From: Candidatus Giovannonibacteria bacterium RIFCSPHIGHO2_01_FULL_45_24
GTDB taxonomy: Bacteria; Patescibacteriota; Minisyncoccia; UBA11713; 2-01-FULL-45-33
Direction: 5' to 3'
Assembly (NCBI GenBank): GCA_001778495.1
Contig: MFHE01000014.1
Span: 8,409-72,408, forward strand
Length of the DNA: 64,000 bases
Shown here: piece after piece, positions 47,501 through 55,113 of the stretch
Layout of the letters: the number at the start of each line of letters is the position of its first letter
Position numbering within the stretch: position 1 is the first letter of the stretch
Program-made: the position numbers and the translations under genes
Notes under the pieces: generated by a model
The model's database searches: none
Told to the model about the DNA's origin: nothing
The model's input: the letters and a program-made list of their open reading frames with translations, nothing else

Positions 47501-47584
47501 CGCGGCCAGAAAATTAAACGCCATGCTCAATAAAATTATTGAAACGAGCGGGATTTGGAATTTTTTGTAGGTTTCAAGTTTCAT
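44558..47584 (-). CDS. Giant polytopic membrane protein, VirB6/TrbL-like N-terminal half plus a ~350-aa repeat-containing C-terminal domain
   Basis: 1008 aa. Signal-like N-terminus, about 8 TM segments across residues 60-410, then soluble repeats (..RF(S/T)P....EALLRK(M/L)K.D..RA.F..). Confidence 0.55.
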   Translation of the reverse strand: MKLETYKKFQIPLVSIILLSMAFNFLAAPLALAADNPSAPIKAGDEKVLMQKAEGAFSLGSAFLWGLNTILTAVLLTVTKFVSLAGSFFDLTIRNAALSGFNNLVAIQEGWKISRDVANLFFILILLAIAIATILRIQSHNAKALLVKLITIALLINFSLTISYIVIDSANILGRQFWNVLTKNGSMPISQSLIAGARFQKIFDTSDIDQGSYVRSGALWGNIGGLLAGGIIAAGCATGIFCPGAIGLAAAILSGAAVGVSWAKLSNIGDVKSAIDYFYLVMSALIVSLPLIFVFVFGGILMIIRFAILAILLVLAPLAFLFYILPTTEKHWHTWWEKLIMHSFFFPAFMFLLYISVSIANAMARNAVGGNITQDFAFWVDIFTVVVLLISSLLIARTMGVYFAGSVLGWATASRKWLTGAVGAVAARYTTGVVGTAITPAAAKMQARFPILGTAPTAFAGWLRGLGGAEKRAEAMADFAKKLTPDRQARYYAGLNNQEKSSLLNKMTPAEQQEMMKFMSPADRASAETFLKRQVPPTAAAAYDAEGWKRMTLPQQQAQMAGYLTTGNLNATEQALRGMSDEERAALVDGFALTNPALAANAEALINSRFSPKDAQNFRIARIMQKPKSERVAAWSQPNFTDDDKEALLRKMKSDEDRAEFADSLGAPGALARDSAESVIRRRFTPKEQQDIKVAGVLRKSEDEQRKAHLDANDDGREALLRKLKDDDARARFIAGFRKAPSTAIAPSLTPAQQAAWNAGAADAAEGIIKTRFSAGEYRSYREAAVKNVSQKKADDLEVDVSLMSDEDLDILTKVGDENKVARVINILAASADADKHERAKKLGGNISKRNLQSKYGTFLTPRAYVENVEGVAYADYRANPAGYANYQRALVSHLTKVDAKAMRRNLSPEIIKQKEFVEDMLAGATIEDISLITGDARRAAAFKEGFEGIIGKKTTPQERADALATAMQARNNNMVAQELRNYVGSPYRDVIESILEGKPPPIPSKTP

Positions 47585-47601
47585 GTTTCGGGTTTTGTGA
47601 T

Positions 47602-49014
47602 TTATGGAGCGGGCGGAGCCAGGCAGGCGGCCAAATCGTCCTCGGCCTTTTTCTTGTCGGCGGCGATTCCGGCGTTTTCGGACTGGGCGACGCTTAAGCT
47701 CGCCGTCCTGGAAACGTCGGATTGGGTTTTGGTGAAGGCGTCCTGGAACTCTTTTACCGTCTCGGCAAGCTGCATCGCCAGCTTGTCGTCTTTTAGAATT
47801 TCTTTGAAAATGGTTTGCTCCACAATTTCATTTTCAATCCTCAACTTGGTCGTGGTCGCCGTTGATATCTGGTTGTCAACCTCCGCTAACGGCTCGCTTT
47901 TGAGCTGCTTGCAGGCGCGGAGACTTTGAAGGATTGTGATTTCGTCGGTTACGAGCGCCAGAGAATTTTCTTTCGTTGTGATAACGCTTTCGGTCAGCAA
48001 AATCGCTTCGTCCACGTGCGAGACGATAATCCCGTTTTCCTTTATAGAATCCAAATCCTGCTGGGTGCCGATTCCGCTGATGTCCGCCGAGCGGAGCCCT
48101 CCCTGCTGGAAGAAGAGATTTTGAAGCAGTGCCTGGAGCGACGCCATAAGTATCTCATTAAACGAATCGGCGAGGTTCAGCTGTTTAATGTCCGCGGTCG
48201 TGGCCTCCCCGAGCCGGTTTTCAAGCCACGCGCCCGGGCTTACGGTTTGGCAGCGTTTTTTTGTTTCGGGCTCGTCATAACCGCCGTCGGCTTCTATTAG
48301 CACGTCTTCACATTCTTCAAGATTCAAAAATCCGCGCGCGGCGAGCGCCTCGTTGAGTTTCGCCTCCACGGCGATTGTCTGCCGTTTTTCGTTTTCTTCC
48401 AAAAGCCCCAGATACGCCCCGTAAGGATTATTCTGCACCTCGGTGAGCTGTATCCAAGTTGCCCAGCCGCCGCTGTTGAAATCGTTGAAAAAATTCTGCA
48501 AATTCCCGGCGACGGCTGAAACCGTGCAGCGGAAGCGGTCCTGCATTGACCTTCTGCCGGTGTTGAAAATTATTCTAAGTTGGGGCGCGAATGGCTCGCA
48601 GAGCCGCGTGAGGTTGAGCTCTTTTAAAAACACCCCGCTTGCCTGGTCGGCCGCGTCCAAAAGAAAATCCGACCAGTTGGTCACAAAAAGCGGCGAGCCG
48701 CTTTGCCCCCCAGTGCGGATTAAATTTACTATCTGGTCGGTCATGTGCTTTACGAGCACCTTGGCGAATACCCAAAACATCTGGTTGACCAAATCTTTTT
48801 CGGTTCCGGCTCTTTCCTGAACTTTATCTATAGGCACGGAATCTTTTCTCAAAAGGTCTAAAGCGCCGCCTAAAAAATCGCTTATCTTAAATCCTGTTTG
48901 GATTTCCGTCGCTGGCGCGACGTCCTCGGCAACCGCGAAACCCGGCAATATTAAGCCCGCCCCGAGGGCTCCGCTTAAGAAAACTATAAATATTTTTTGT
49001 GCGAAAAATTTCAT
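47602..49014 (-). CDS. Secreted 470-aa hypothetical protein
   Basis: Signal peptide MKFFAQKIFIVFLSGALGAGLILPGFAVA. 6 Cys. Coiled-coil-like C-terminus. No family recognised. Confidence 0.55.
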   Translation of the reverse strand: MKFFAQKIFIVFLSGALGAGLILPGFAVAEDVAPATEIQTGFKISDFLGGALDLLRKDSVPIDKVQERAGTEKDLVNQMFWVFAKVLVKHMTDQIVNLIRTGGQSGSPLFVTNWSDFLLDAADQASGVFLKELNLTRLCEPFAPQLRIIFNTGRRSMQDRFRCTVSAVAGNLQNFFNDFNSGGWATWIQLTEVQNNPYGAYLGLLEENEKRQTIAVEAKLNEALAARGFLNLEECEDVLIEADGGYDEPETKKRCQTVSPGAWLENRLGEATTADIKQLNLADSFNEILMASLQALLQNLFFQQGGLRSADISGIGTQQDLDSIKENGIIVSHVDEAILLTESVITTKENSLALVTDEITILQSLRACKQLKSEPLAEVDNQISTATTTKLRIENEIVEQTIFKEILKDDKLAMQLAETVKEFQDAFTKTQSDVSRTASLSVAQSENAGIAADKKKAEDDLAACLAPPAP

Positions 49015-50039
49015 TCTGCGCCGTATTTTATAAAATGCCCCCCGCCCTCCGTCAGCGAAAAGACCATGCCGCCAGCTTTAATCTGCTTCGCCATTGATTT
49101 ATAAAACGCCGAAAGACGGTTAACCTGGTTTAAATACACTGAAAGCCCGGCCAGCCCCCGCACAGGGTCTTTTTCCGAATACTGCATGTCGCGGACGGCA
49201 AGAGAGATGTTGTAAAAAGTATTCATCAGTTCAAGGTGCAGCGACGCATATTTCCCGGGCGCCTTCTTGGTTTTTAAGAAGTCAATTGTTTTCTGGTATG
49301 CCTTGACGTAGTCTGCAAACTTTTCCAGCTCTTTGAAATTGTTTGTTGTCATGGCGCGGTTTAGAATATTGATTTCCGCCTCGCCGAGTCCGGAGAAAGT
49401 TTTTTCAATGAAGGCCCCGGCGTCGTTTAGGTATTTTTTCGTAAAATCGGCCGAGGCGCCGTTTTCAATAAATATGTCTTTATCGGAGAATTTGTCGCTC
49501 GTCGGAAGCGTCGCGCCTGCCAAGGATTCCAAGAGCGATTCAGAAATGGCGCGTTTTTGAAAATCATCCAGCTCCCCGCCCGCTCCGCCCAAGGCCGAAA
49601 GGTACTCAACGGCGAATTTTTGGGCTATGCGCTCGGTAAGCGTTTGAGGCGTGGAGGTCGCCTCCCGCGCTTTTGCTTCCTCTGGGGCCCTGGACTTGTC
49701 GCTCCATTCTCCGTTTTTTAATTTGTATCCCGCAATCAGAGGGTCCCTGCCTTCCCGCGCCTCCTCGCCGTCGTCAGCGCCGTCTTTATCCGTGTCCGGG
49801 TTATTTATATCCGTTTTCCAGAGGATTTCTTCCCAATCCTTGAGCGCGTCTCCGTCCGAGTCGCGGGTCGCTTCCTTGTAAGCCGCGAGGAACGAGATTT
49901 GAGCGGATTTTTGGATGTTTTTTGCCGCCGGTGAAGGGACATTCCATATCCGGAGCGAGAGCCAGCCGGAAAATATCGCCACCAAGATAGCGGAAACAAG
50001 GGCTATGAAGTTTTTTGACGGAAGATAGCCCATTACCAC
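49011..50039 (-). CDS. Membrane-anchored protein with a thrombospondin-type-3-like acidic Ca-binding motif
   Basis: N-terminal TM segment. DSDGDALKDWEEILWKTDINNPDTDKDGADDGEE. 4-nt overlap with the downstream gene. Confidence 0.5.
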   Translation of the reverse strand: MVMGYLPSKNFIALVSAILVAIFSGWLSLRIWNVPSPAAKNIQKSAQISFLAAYKEATRDSDGDALKDWEEILWKTDINNPDTDKDGADDGEEAREGRDPLIAGYKLKNGEWSDKSRAPEEAKAREATSTPQTLTERIAQKFAVEYLSALGGAGGELDDFQKRAISESLLESLAGATLPTSDKFSDKDIFIENGASADFTKKYLNDAGAFIEKTFSGLGEAEINILNRAMTTNNFKELEKFADYVKAYQKTIDFLKTKKAPGKYASLHLELMNTFYNISLAVRDMQYSEKDPVRGLAGLSVYLNQVNRLSAFYKSMAKQIKAGGMVFSLTEGGGHFIKYGAE

Positions 50040-50066
50040 CTTAATTATACCATTTTTATAGCGTAA

Positions 50067-50834
50067 TTAGGGTGTGGATATGGCCGGAACCGGCTCCGGA
50101 CCGGTGCCGATGCGGATTATGGGGTAAGCCGAGCCTAAAGACGGCGGGTCGTCGCCGAAATCTATGCCTAAAAGGCCAAAAATAAAGGAAGCAATGCTGA
50201 TTATTGGACCTATGACAGGGATAAACAGCGCGGCTAGACTAAGCCCAGCGCCCAAAAAGTTGCCGCTAATAAGCGAGCTTATAATTCCTATGCCTGGCAA
50301 AAACCAGCCTAATCCTTCAGCTAGACCGGCCAATTGTATGCCCAAGTCGCCTCCTATAAAGAGCGCTCCTCCTGGCCCTACAATTTCCACGCCGACTATT
50401 TGTGACCCAAATATTGACCCCGGCTCAAGCATTTCCATGGTGACAGGGCTTATCTCCAAAAGGCCGCCGCTTACCGCGGAATCCAACAGGCCCCCCATGC
50501 TGAATCCGTCAATGGCTGACGGATTTCCCTCCGAACAATTAACGGGATTGGGCGAAGCGCTGCCCAACGTCCAGACTTTGGGCTCAATTACGCCGTACCT
50601 ATGGATGATTGTGGTTGCCGGATCCAGAAAAAATTTGCCGCCCGCTGGCGGGCCGATGTGTAAGACAAAGCCGGGCGGAGTTTTGCAGGCCTGGATTTTT
50701 GTGATTTTGCCTCCGAAGGGTTTGTTTAGCCGTAGGTCGGCGGGGTTTATCGCGGCGGACGCGGTTACCGGGTAAAAGGAAATAAGCGATGCTATGCCCG
50801 CCATAAATATTGCCAGTCGCCGCTTTAATTTCAT
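50067..50834 (-). CDS. Secreted protein with a glycine-rich hydrophobic C-terminal half, hypothetical
   Basis: Signal peptide ending in VTASA. The C-terminal ~110 aa are G/I/L/S-rich (GGALFIGGDLGIQLAGLAEGLGW...GLLGIDFG). Confidence 0.55.
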   Translation of the reverse strand: MKLKRRLAIFMAGIASLISFYPVTASAAINPADLRLNKPFGGKITKIQACKTPPGFVLHIGPPAGGKFFLDPATTIIHRYGVIEPKVWTLGSASPNPVNCSEGNPSAIDGFSMGGLLDSAVSGGLLEISPVTMEMLEPGSIFGSQIVGVEIVGPGGALFIGGDLGIQLAGLAEGLGWFLPGIGIISSLISGNFLGAGLSLAALFIPVIGPIISIASFIFGLLGIDFGDDPPSLGSAYPIIRIGTGPEPVPAISTP

Positions 50835-50837
50835 GTT

Positions 50838-51596
50838 TTAATTATACCCCAATATCTCCGACCAGTCTTTGAGTGAAAGATTTTCCGGGCGGGCATTTTG
50901 ATAGTTTTTCGGCAGCTTGATTTTTTTGCCGATTGAACTCCTTAGCATTTTGCGCTTTTGCTGGAAAGCCAGCTTTGCCAACGCAAGGATTCGCTCTGAC
51001 TTAGACGTCGGACGTCTAAGTGTGATTTTTATTATCGCTGAATCAACCTTCGGCGGAGGCGAGAAAAAATTTTTTGAGACGTAGCGGATTATTTCTGGTT
51101 TGGCGTATGCTTGCACGGAAAGCGCCAAAAGATTCATTTGCGGTGGCCTTGCGCAAATTCTTTCCGCGACTTCTTTTTGCACCATTAAAACCATGAGTTT
51201 TGGCCGAAACTTAGTTTCGGACAAAAACAGGCGTAAAAAACGCGAAGTTATGTAGTAGGGAATGTTGGCGACGATTTTATAAGACTTGGCGGTTAAACCG
51301 CCACTTGGCGGTTTAACCGCCTTAGCTAAAATATCTCCTTGGATAATCTCCATGTTTTTGTAATCTTTGAATTTTTCGCGCAAAACCGGAATTAAGTCGC
51401 GGTCTTTTTCCGTGGCGATTACTTTCCCGGCGCGCGCGGCCAAGATTTCGGTGAGCGAGCCCGTTCCGGGACCGACTTCCAAAACAATATCTTTTTTTGA
51501 CAGCTCCGCCGCGCGCGCCATCTCCTCCAGGATTTTTTTGTTGTTCAAAAAATACTGCCCAAGCCGCCTTCTTTTACTCCACGATAATTTCCTCAT
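50838..51596 (-). CDS. rsmA: 16S rRNA (adenine1518/1519-N6)-dimethyltransferase
   Basis: LGQYFL, the SAM motif LEVGPGTGSLT, NIPYYITS, and FQQKRKML. Contains palindrome copy 3 in-frame. Confidence 0.92.
   Translation of the reverse strand: MRKLSWSKRRRLGQYFLNNKKILEEMARAAELSKKDIVLEVGPGTGSLTEILAARAGKVIATEKDRDLIPVLREKFKDYKNMEIIQGDILAKAVKPPSGGLTAKSYKIVANIPYYITSRFLRLFLSETKFRPKLMVLMVQKEVAERICARPPQMNLLALSVQAYAKPEIIRYVSKNFFSPPPKVDSAIIKITLRRPTSKSERILALAKLAFQQKRKMLRSSIGKKIKLPKNYQNARPENLSLKDWSEILGYN
50999..51021. repeat. Palindromic hairpin repeat, copy 3 (ACTTAGACGT-CGG-ACGTCTAAGT), inside the rsmA CDS
   Basis: Perfect 10-bp arms. In inverted orientation relative to copies 1 and 2. Translated within RsmA as ..LRRPTSKS.. 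Confidence 0.95.
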
Positions 51597-53352
51597 TTTC
51601 TTCCGGCTTATTTACGTAAACCAACAAATGCTCCGGGATTTCCGCCAAAAACCGCGATGGCATATTGGCCGCCCTTTCTCCGAAAAGCGTCCGCCGCGCG
51701 GCGGAGGTGAGGTAGAGGCGGGTTTTAGCGCGGGTTATCGCCACGTAGCAGAGCCGACGCTCTTCTTCCAAATCTTCCGGCTCCAGAGAAAGCGCGTGCG
51801 GAAAGAGCCCTTCTTCCAATCCGACCACAAAAACGGCTTCAAATTCCAGCCCTTTGGCTGAATGCATCGTCATTAAATTAATTTTGTCCTCAACCGGCTC
51901 GTATTTATCGTCTATCGCGAAGAGCGAAACGTGTTCCAGGAATTTATCCACGCCTTCTATTTTTTCTGCGAGCCCCAAGAGTTCTTCTACGTTTTGCCAT
52001 CTCTCTTTTCCTTTTTCAGTCCCGTCATCAATATAATCTTTATACTCTATTTCCCCGATTATTTTTTTTAAAAGCCCGTGCGTTCCCAGTCCCCCGCTTT
52101 CTTTGCGGAAATTCTCCATAAGTTTATCAAAATCTATCTTTCTTTTTTTGCGCGGCGGGACGTTGACGATTCTTTTGCGGCTTAATTCGTCTTTGGGGTT
52201 TCTAATAAGCCGCAGATAAGCTATCAGATCTTTTATTTCGCGCCTTTCATAAAATCTGACGCCGCCGGTGATTTTGTATGGTATCTTCCGCTCCAAAAAA
52301 ACTTCTTCCAAGGCCCGCGACTGGGCGTTGGTGCGGTAAAGCGCGGCAATTTCCCCGAGCTTGATTTTTTTTCTCAAAAAATTGATTTCCGCGGCCACGA
52401 TTTCCGCTTCCCTTTTTTCATCCTCGGCGAATACCAGGCGGATTTGGGAAGATTCTTCTCCCACCCGCTTTGTCCAAAGATTTTTCGGAATTCTGAACTT
52501 GTTGCGGGATATGACGGCGTTCGCCGCCTCTAAAATTATGTCTGTTGAGCGGTAATTTTCCTCAAGGAAGATAATTTTCGCCTCCGGATAATCTTTTTGG
52601 AAATTTAAAATGTTCTTAAAGTCCGCCCCGCGCCAGCTGTAAATTGCCTGGTCCACGTCTCCCACGGCCAGGATATTTTTACGCGCGCCGGCGAGCAGAT
52701 TTGAAAGCGCGTACTGCGCTGCGTTGGTGTCTTGATATTCGTCTATGTGGATGTATTTCCAGCGGTTTTGGTATTTTTTTAAAATCTCCGGCTCGCGCCG
52801 CAGGAGCAAAACCGGCTTTAAAAGCAAGTCGTCAAAATCCAGCTGGTTTTGATTGTCTTTCTTTGTTTCGTAAAGCCGCCAAGCCCTTCCAAGAATCTCC
52901 GCAAAAAAGCCCTCTTCGGCGAAATTTTCCGCCGTGACTAGGTGATTTTTCAAAAGAGAAATGCGCCCTCTTATCCGCGATGGGTCAAACTGTTTCGGGT
53001 CAACCCTAATTTCTAGGAGGCATTCCTTGATTAATTTTAAGGAATCGTCTTCGTCTAAAATAGTAAATCCCCTCGCCAAATTTTCTTTAATTATCAAAAG
53101 CCCGAGCGCATGAAAAGTCCCGATGAATGTTTGCGGCGCATTTATTCGCCCGCGCATTTCTTCAGCCGCCTTGTTCGTGAATGTCACCGCCAAAATATTC
53201 TCCGGACGGAAGCCTTTTTTAATGAGGTGGTTAATTCTTTCGGCTATGACCTTGGTTTTCCCAGCTCCTGCTCCGGCCACAACCAAAACCGGGCCCTCGG
53301 TGGCCTCCACCGCCTCTTTTTGCTTGGGATTTAGCTTGTTTAAATCGGGCAT
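51574..53352 (-). CDS. UvrD/PcrA-family ATP-dependent DNA helicase (short, ~593 aa)
   Basis: LNPKQKEAVE, the P-loop AGAGAGKTKV, and DEYQDTN. I place the start at MPDLNK (53352). The 3' end overlaps rsmA by 23 nt. Confidence 0.88.
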   Translation of the reverse strand: MPDLNKLNPKQKEAVEATEGPVLVVAGAGAGKTKVIAERINHLIKKGFRPENILAVTFTNKAAEEMRGRINAPQTFIGTFHALGLLIIKENLARGFTILDEDDSLKLIKECLLEIRVDPKQFDPSRIRGRISLLKNHLVTAENFAEEGFFAEILGRAWRLYETKKDNQNQLDFDDLLLKPVLLLRREPEILKKYQNRWKYIHIDEYQDTNAAQYALSNLLAGARKNILAVGDVDQAIYSWRGADFKNILNFQKDYPEAKIIFLEENYRSTDIILEAANAVISRNKFRIPKNLWTKRVGEESSQIRLVFAEDEKREAEIVAAEINFLRKKIKLGEIAALYRTNAQSRALEEVFLERKIPYKITGGVRFYERREIKDLIAYLRLIRNPKDELSRKRIVNVPPRKKRKIDFDKLMENFRKESGGLGTHGLLKKIIGEIEYKDYIDDGTEKGKERWQNVEELLGLAEKIEGVDKFLEHVSLFAIDDKYEPVEDKINLMTMHSAKGLEFEAVFVVGLEEGLFPHALSLEPEDLEEERRLCYVAITRAKTRLYLTSAARRTLFGERAANMPSRFLAEIPEHLLVYVNKPEENEEIIVE

Positions 53353-53420
53353 GAGCGTATGATACCAATTTTCCCTCCTGTGGACATCTTTTTGGGCAGG
53401 GTTGATTTCGCCCTCCAAGG

Positions 53421-54512
53421 ATGCTACTATGGCTTTACGGTCGCGATGGGAGCAGAAAGCCGATACTCCATTTATTTAGACTTTTAACCCTTAAACTTAT
53501 CTTAAATAGGGCAAATATTGGGAGGCCTTTTTTGCCGTTTATAGCGGCTATTTTGGCCTGGACGCTCCTTGCCGGCGTGGCGAACGCCGGAATCTTCTCT
53601 TTTTTGGAAAAGCTTCTAGGCGGCGGAGACGAAGAGGCCGCTCTTTATAATTCGCAAAACATCCCTTTGCTCAAAGCGCCCGCCACCACAAACCCCAAGG
53701 CGGCTACGGGAGGGGCGGTCATAAATTTCGTTGGAGATTCTTCTTTGCTCCCAGTGGTAGGCCCCATGGGCAGTGTCGCGGACATGGAGACCTACAAGCT
53801 TGACCAGATTACGACGTACGTTGTGCGCGAAGGCGACACGCTTTCTAAAATCGCGGACATGTTTGGGGTTTCGGTCGCTACAATTTATTGGGCGAACGAC
53901 TTAAAGCGCGGCGATTTGATTAAAGCCGGAGACACATTGGTAATTTTCCCCATAGACGGCCTTCAAGTTACTGTCAAAAAAGGAGACACAATTAAAGCTT
54001 TGGCCGCAAAATATAAAGGCGATGCGCAGGAAATTATTGACAACAACCCCGATTTGCAGGCGAACGGATCTCTGGAAGAGGGAATGACGATTTTTATTCC
54101 TAACGCAGAATTGGCTCCGGTGCCTGGGCGGCCGGCGCGGGTCAGGGGAACCGGCGGGCCGGACATCCCCGGTTATTTCATGCGGCCGATTTTTGGCGGC
54201 AGAAAATCGCAGGGACTCCATGGATTTAACGCCGTGGATTTGGCCGCGAGTTGTGAGACTCCTGTTTATGCGTCGGCAAGTGGCACGGTGATTGTTGCAA
54301 GAAATTACGGATGGAACGGAGGGTATGGAAAATATGTCGCGATTGCGCATCCCAACGGCACGCAGACGGTTTACGCGCACTTATCGCAAGTTTTTGTTTC
54401 CGTCGGCCAATATGTGTCCCAAGGGTTTATGATAGGAACAATCGGCTCCACCGGCAATTCATCCGGCTGCCACGTCCATTTTGAAATCCGCGGCGCCGCG
54501 CAGATTTATTAG
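53421..54512 (+). CDS. LysM-domain M23 (LytM-type) peptidoglycan endopeptidase
   Basis: Two LysM repeats (YVVREGDTLSKIADMFGV and VTVKKGDTIKALAAKY). M23 motifs HGFNAVDLA and GCHVHFEIR. The true start may be TTG 53532, 6 nt after GGGAGG. Confidence 0.85.
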   Translation: MLLWLYGRDGSRKPILHLFRLLTLKLILNRANIGRPFLPFIAAILAWTLLAGVANAGIFSFLEKLLGGGDEEAALYNSQNIPLLKAPATTNPKAATGGAVINFVGDSSLLPVVGPMGSVADMETYKLDQITTYVVREGDTLSKIADMFGVSVATIYWANDLKRGDLIKAGDTLVIFPIDGLQVTVKKGDTIKALAAKYKGDAQEIIDNNPDLQANGSLEEGMTIFIPNAELAPVPGRPARVRGTGGPDIPGYFMRPIFGGRKSQGLHGFNAVDLAASCETPVYASASGTVIVARNYGWNGGYGKYVAIAHPNGTQTVYAHLSQVFVSVGQYVSQGFMIGTIGSTGNSSGCHVHFEIRGAAQIY

Positions 54513-54566
54513 AAACACTCGAAAAACGGCCTGAAATAAGGGCCTTTTTGTATTTTCAGCCAGCTA

Positions 54567-54595
54567 TTGACTTTTTATTGTTTTGGGTGTATAAT
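54567..54595 (+). promoter_or_regulatory. Consensus sigma-70 promoter with extended -10 (TTGACT-17 nt-TGTATAAT)
   Basis: TTGACT at 54567-54572 and TATAAT at 54590-54595. It lies upstream of the small-gene cassette that starts at 54625. Confidence 0.7.
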
Positions 54596-54624
54596 GGGAA
54601 GTAGGAAAAACAATTCTTTGGGAG

Positions 54625-54876
54625 GTGAATATGAGAGATTTTGCCGTAATGCTAGGGGTTATGTTTTTGGTCGCCTTGTTGTTTTGGTACGTCTTTATCC
54701 CGAAGACGTATGAGAACAGGAACGGCCTGCTTGTGGTGGAATATCGGCTTTCGAACAAAAAATGTCTCGTGCACCCGGTGGATACATGGGGACAGTATCC
54801 TATCGTCTGCGCGAGCAAGGAAGCGGCTGAGCTGTATCCAGAACTCGGCTTCCAACCGAAAGGAGGTGTGAGATGA
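54625..54876 (+). CDS. Small membrane-anchored protein (83 aa), hypothetical
   Basis: A GGAGGTG SD lies 4 nt before the ATG. One TM segment. No family recognised. Confidence 0.55.
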   Translation: MNMRDFAVMLGVMFLVALLFWYVFIPKTYENRNGLLVVEYRLSNKKCLVHPVDTWGQYPIVCASKEAAELYPELGFQPKGGVR

Positions 54877-54992
54877 AAGCGAATGAAAAAGCGTTTCTGT
54901 GGCGGGCGAGTGCGATTATCGCCTCGGCGCTGGCGCTGGGGTTGGAGTATATCGTGCTTTTCTCCGTCGCCGGCCGATGGCCAATATTCTGA
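54873..54992 (+). CDS. 39-aa hydrophobic micro-protein, hypothetical
   Basis: Hand-translated: MKANEKAFLWRASAIIASALALGLEYIVLFSVAGRWPIF. AGGAGG SD. ATGA start/stop overlap with the previous gene. Confidence 0.4.
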   Translation: MKANEKAFLWRASAIIASALALGLEYIVLFSVAGRWPIF

Positions 54993-55113
54993 ACCTCCCC
55001 GGGTTCAAGCGCGTAAGGATATTCCGCTCCTGCGGAATTTCATCCTTGCGCGCTTCATTTTTTTATTCAATAGTGTATAGTAATTAAAGAAAAACCCACG
55101 AGAGGAGACGAGG

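Noticed and set aside
50164-50775. 203-aa plus-strand ORF
   Set aside because: It is antisense to the Gly-rich secreted protein gene. The Pro-rich product is what the complement of Gly codons would produce.
37016-50834. Reading the T4SS-like block as an integrated conjugative element or prophage
   Set aside because: No integrase, relaxase, coupling protein, replication or phage structural genes, nor direct-repeat junctions, are visible in or beside the block. It is fused to housekeeping genes by 3-nt and 23-nt junctions. This cannot be fully excluded without the rest of the contig.
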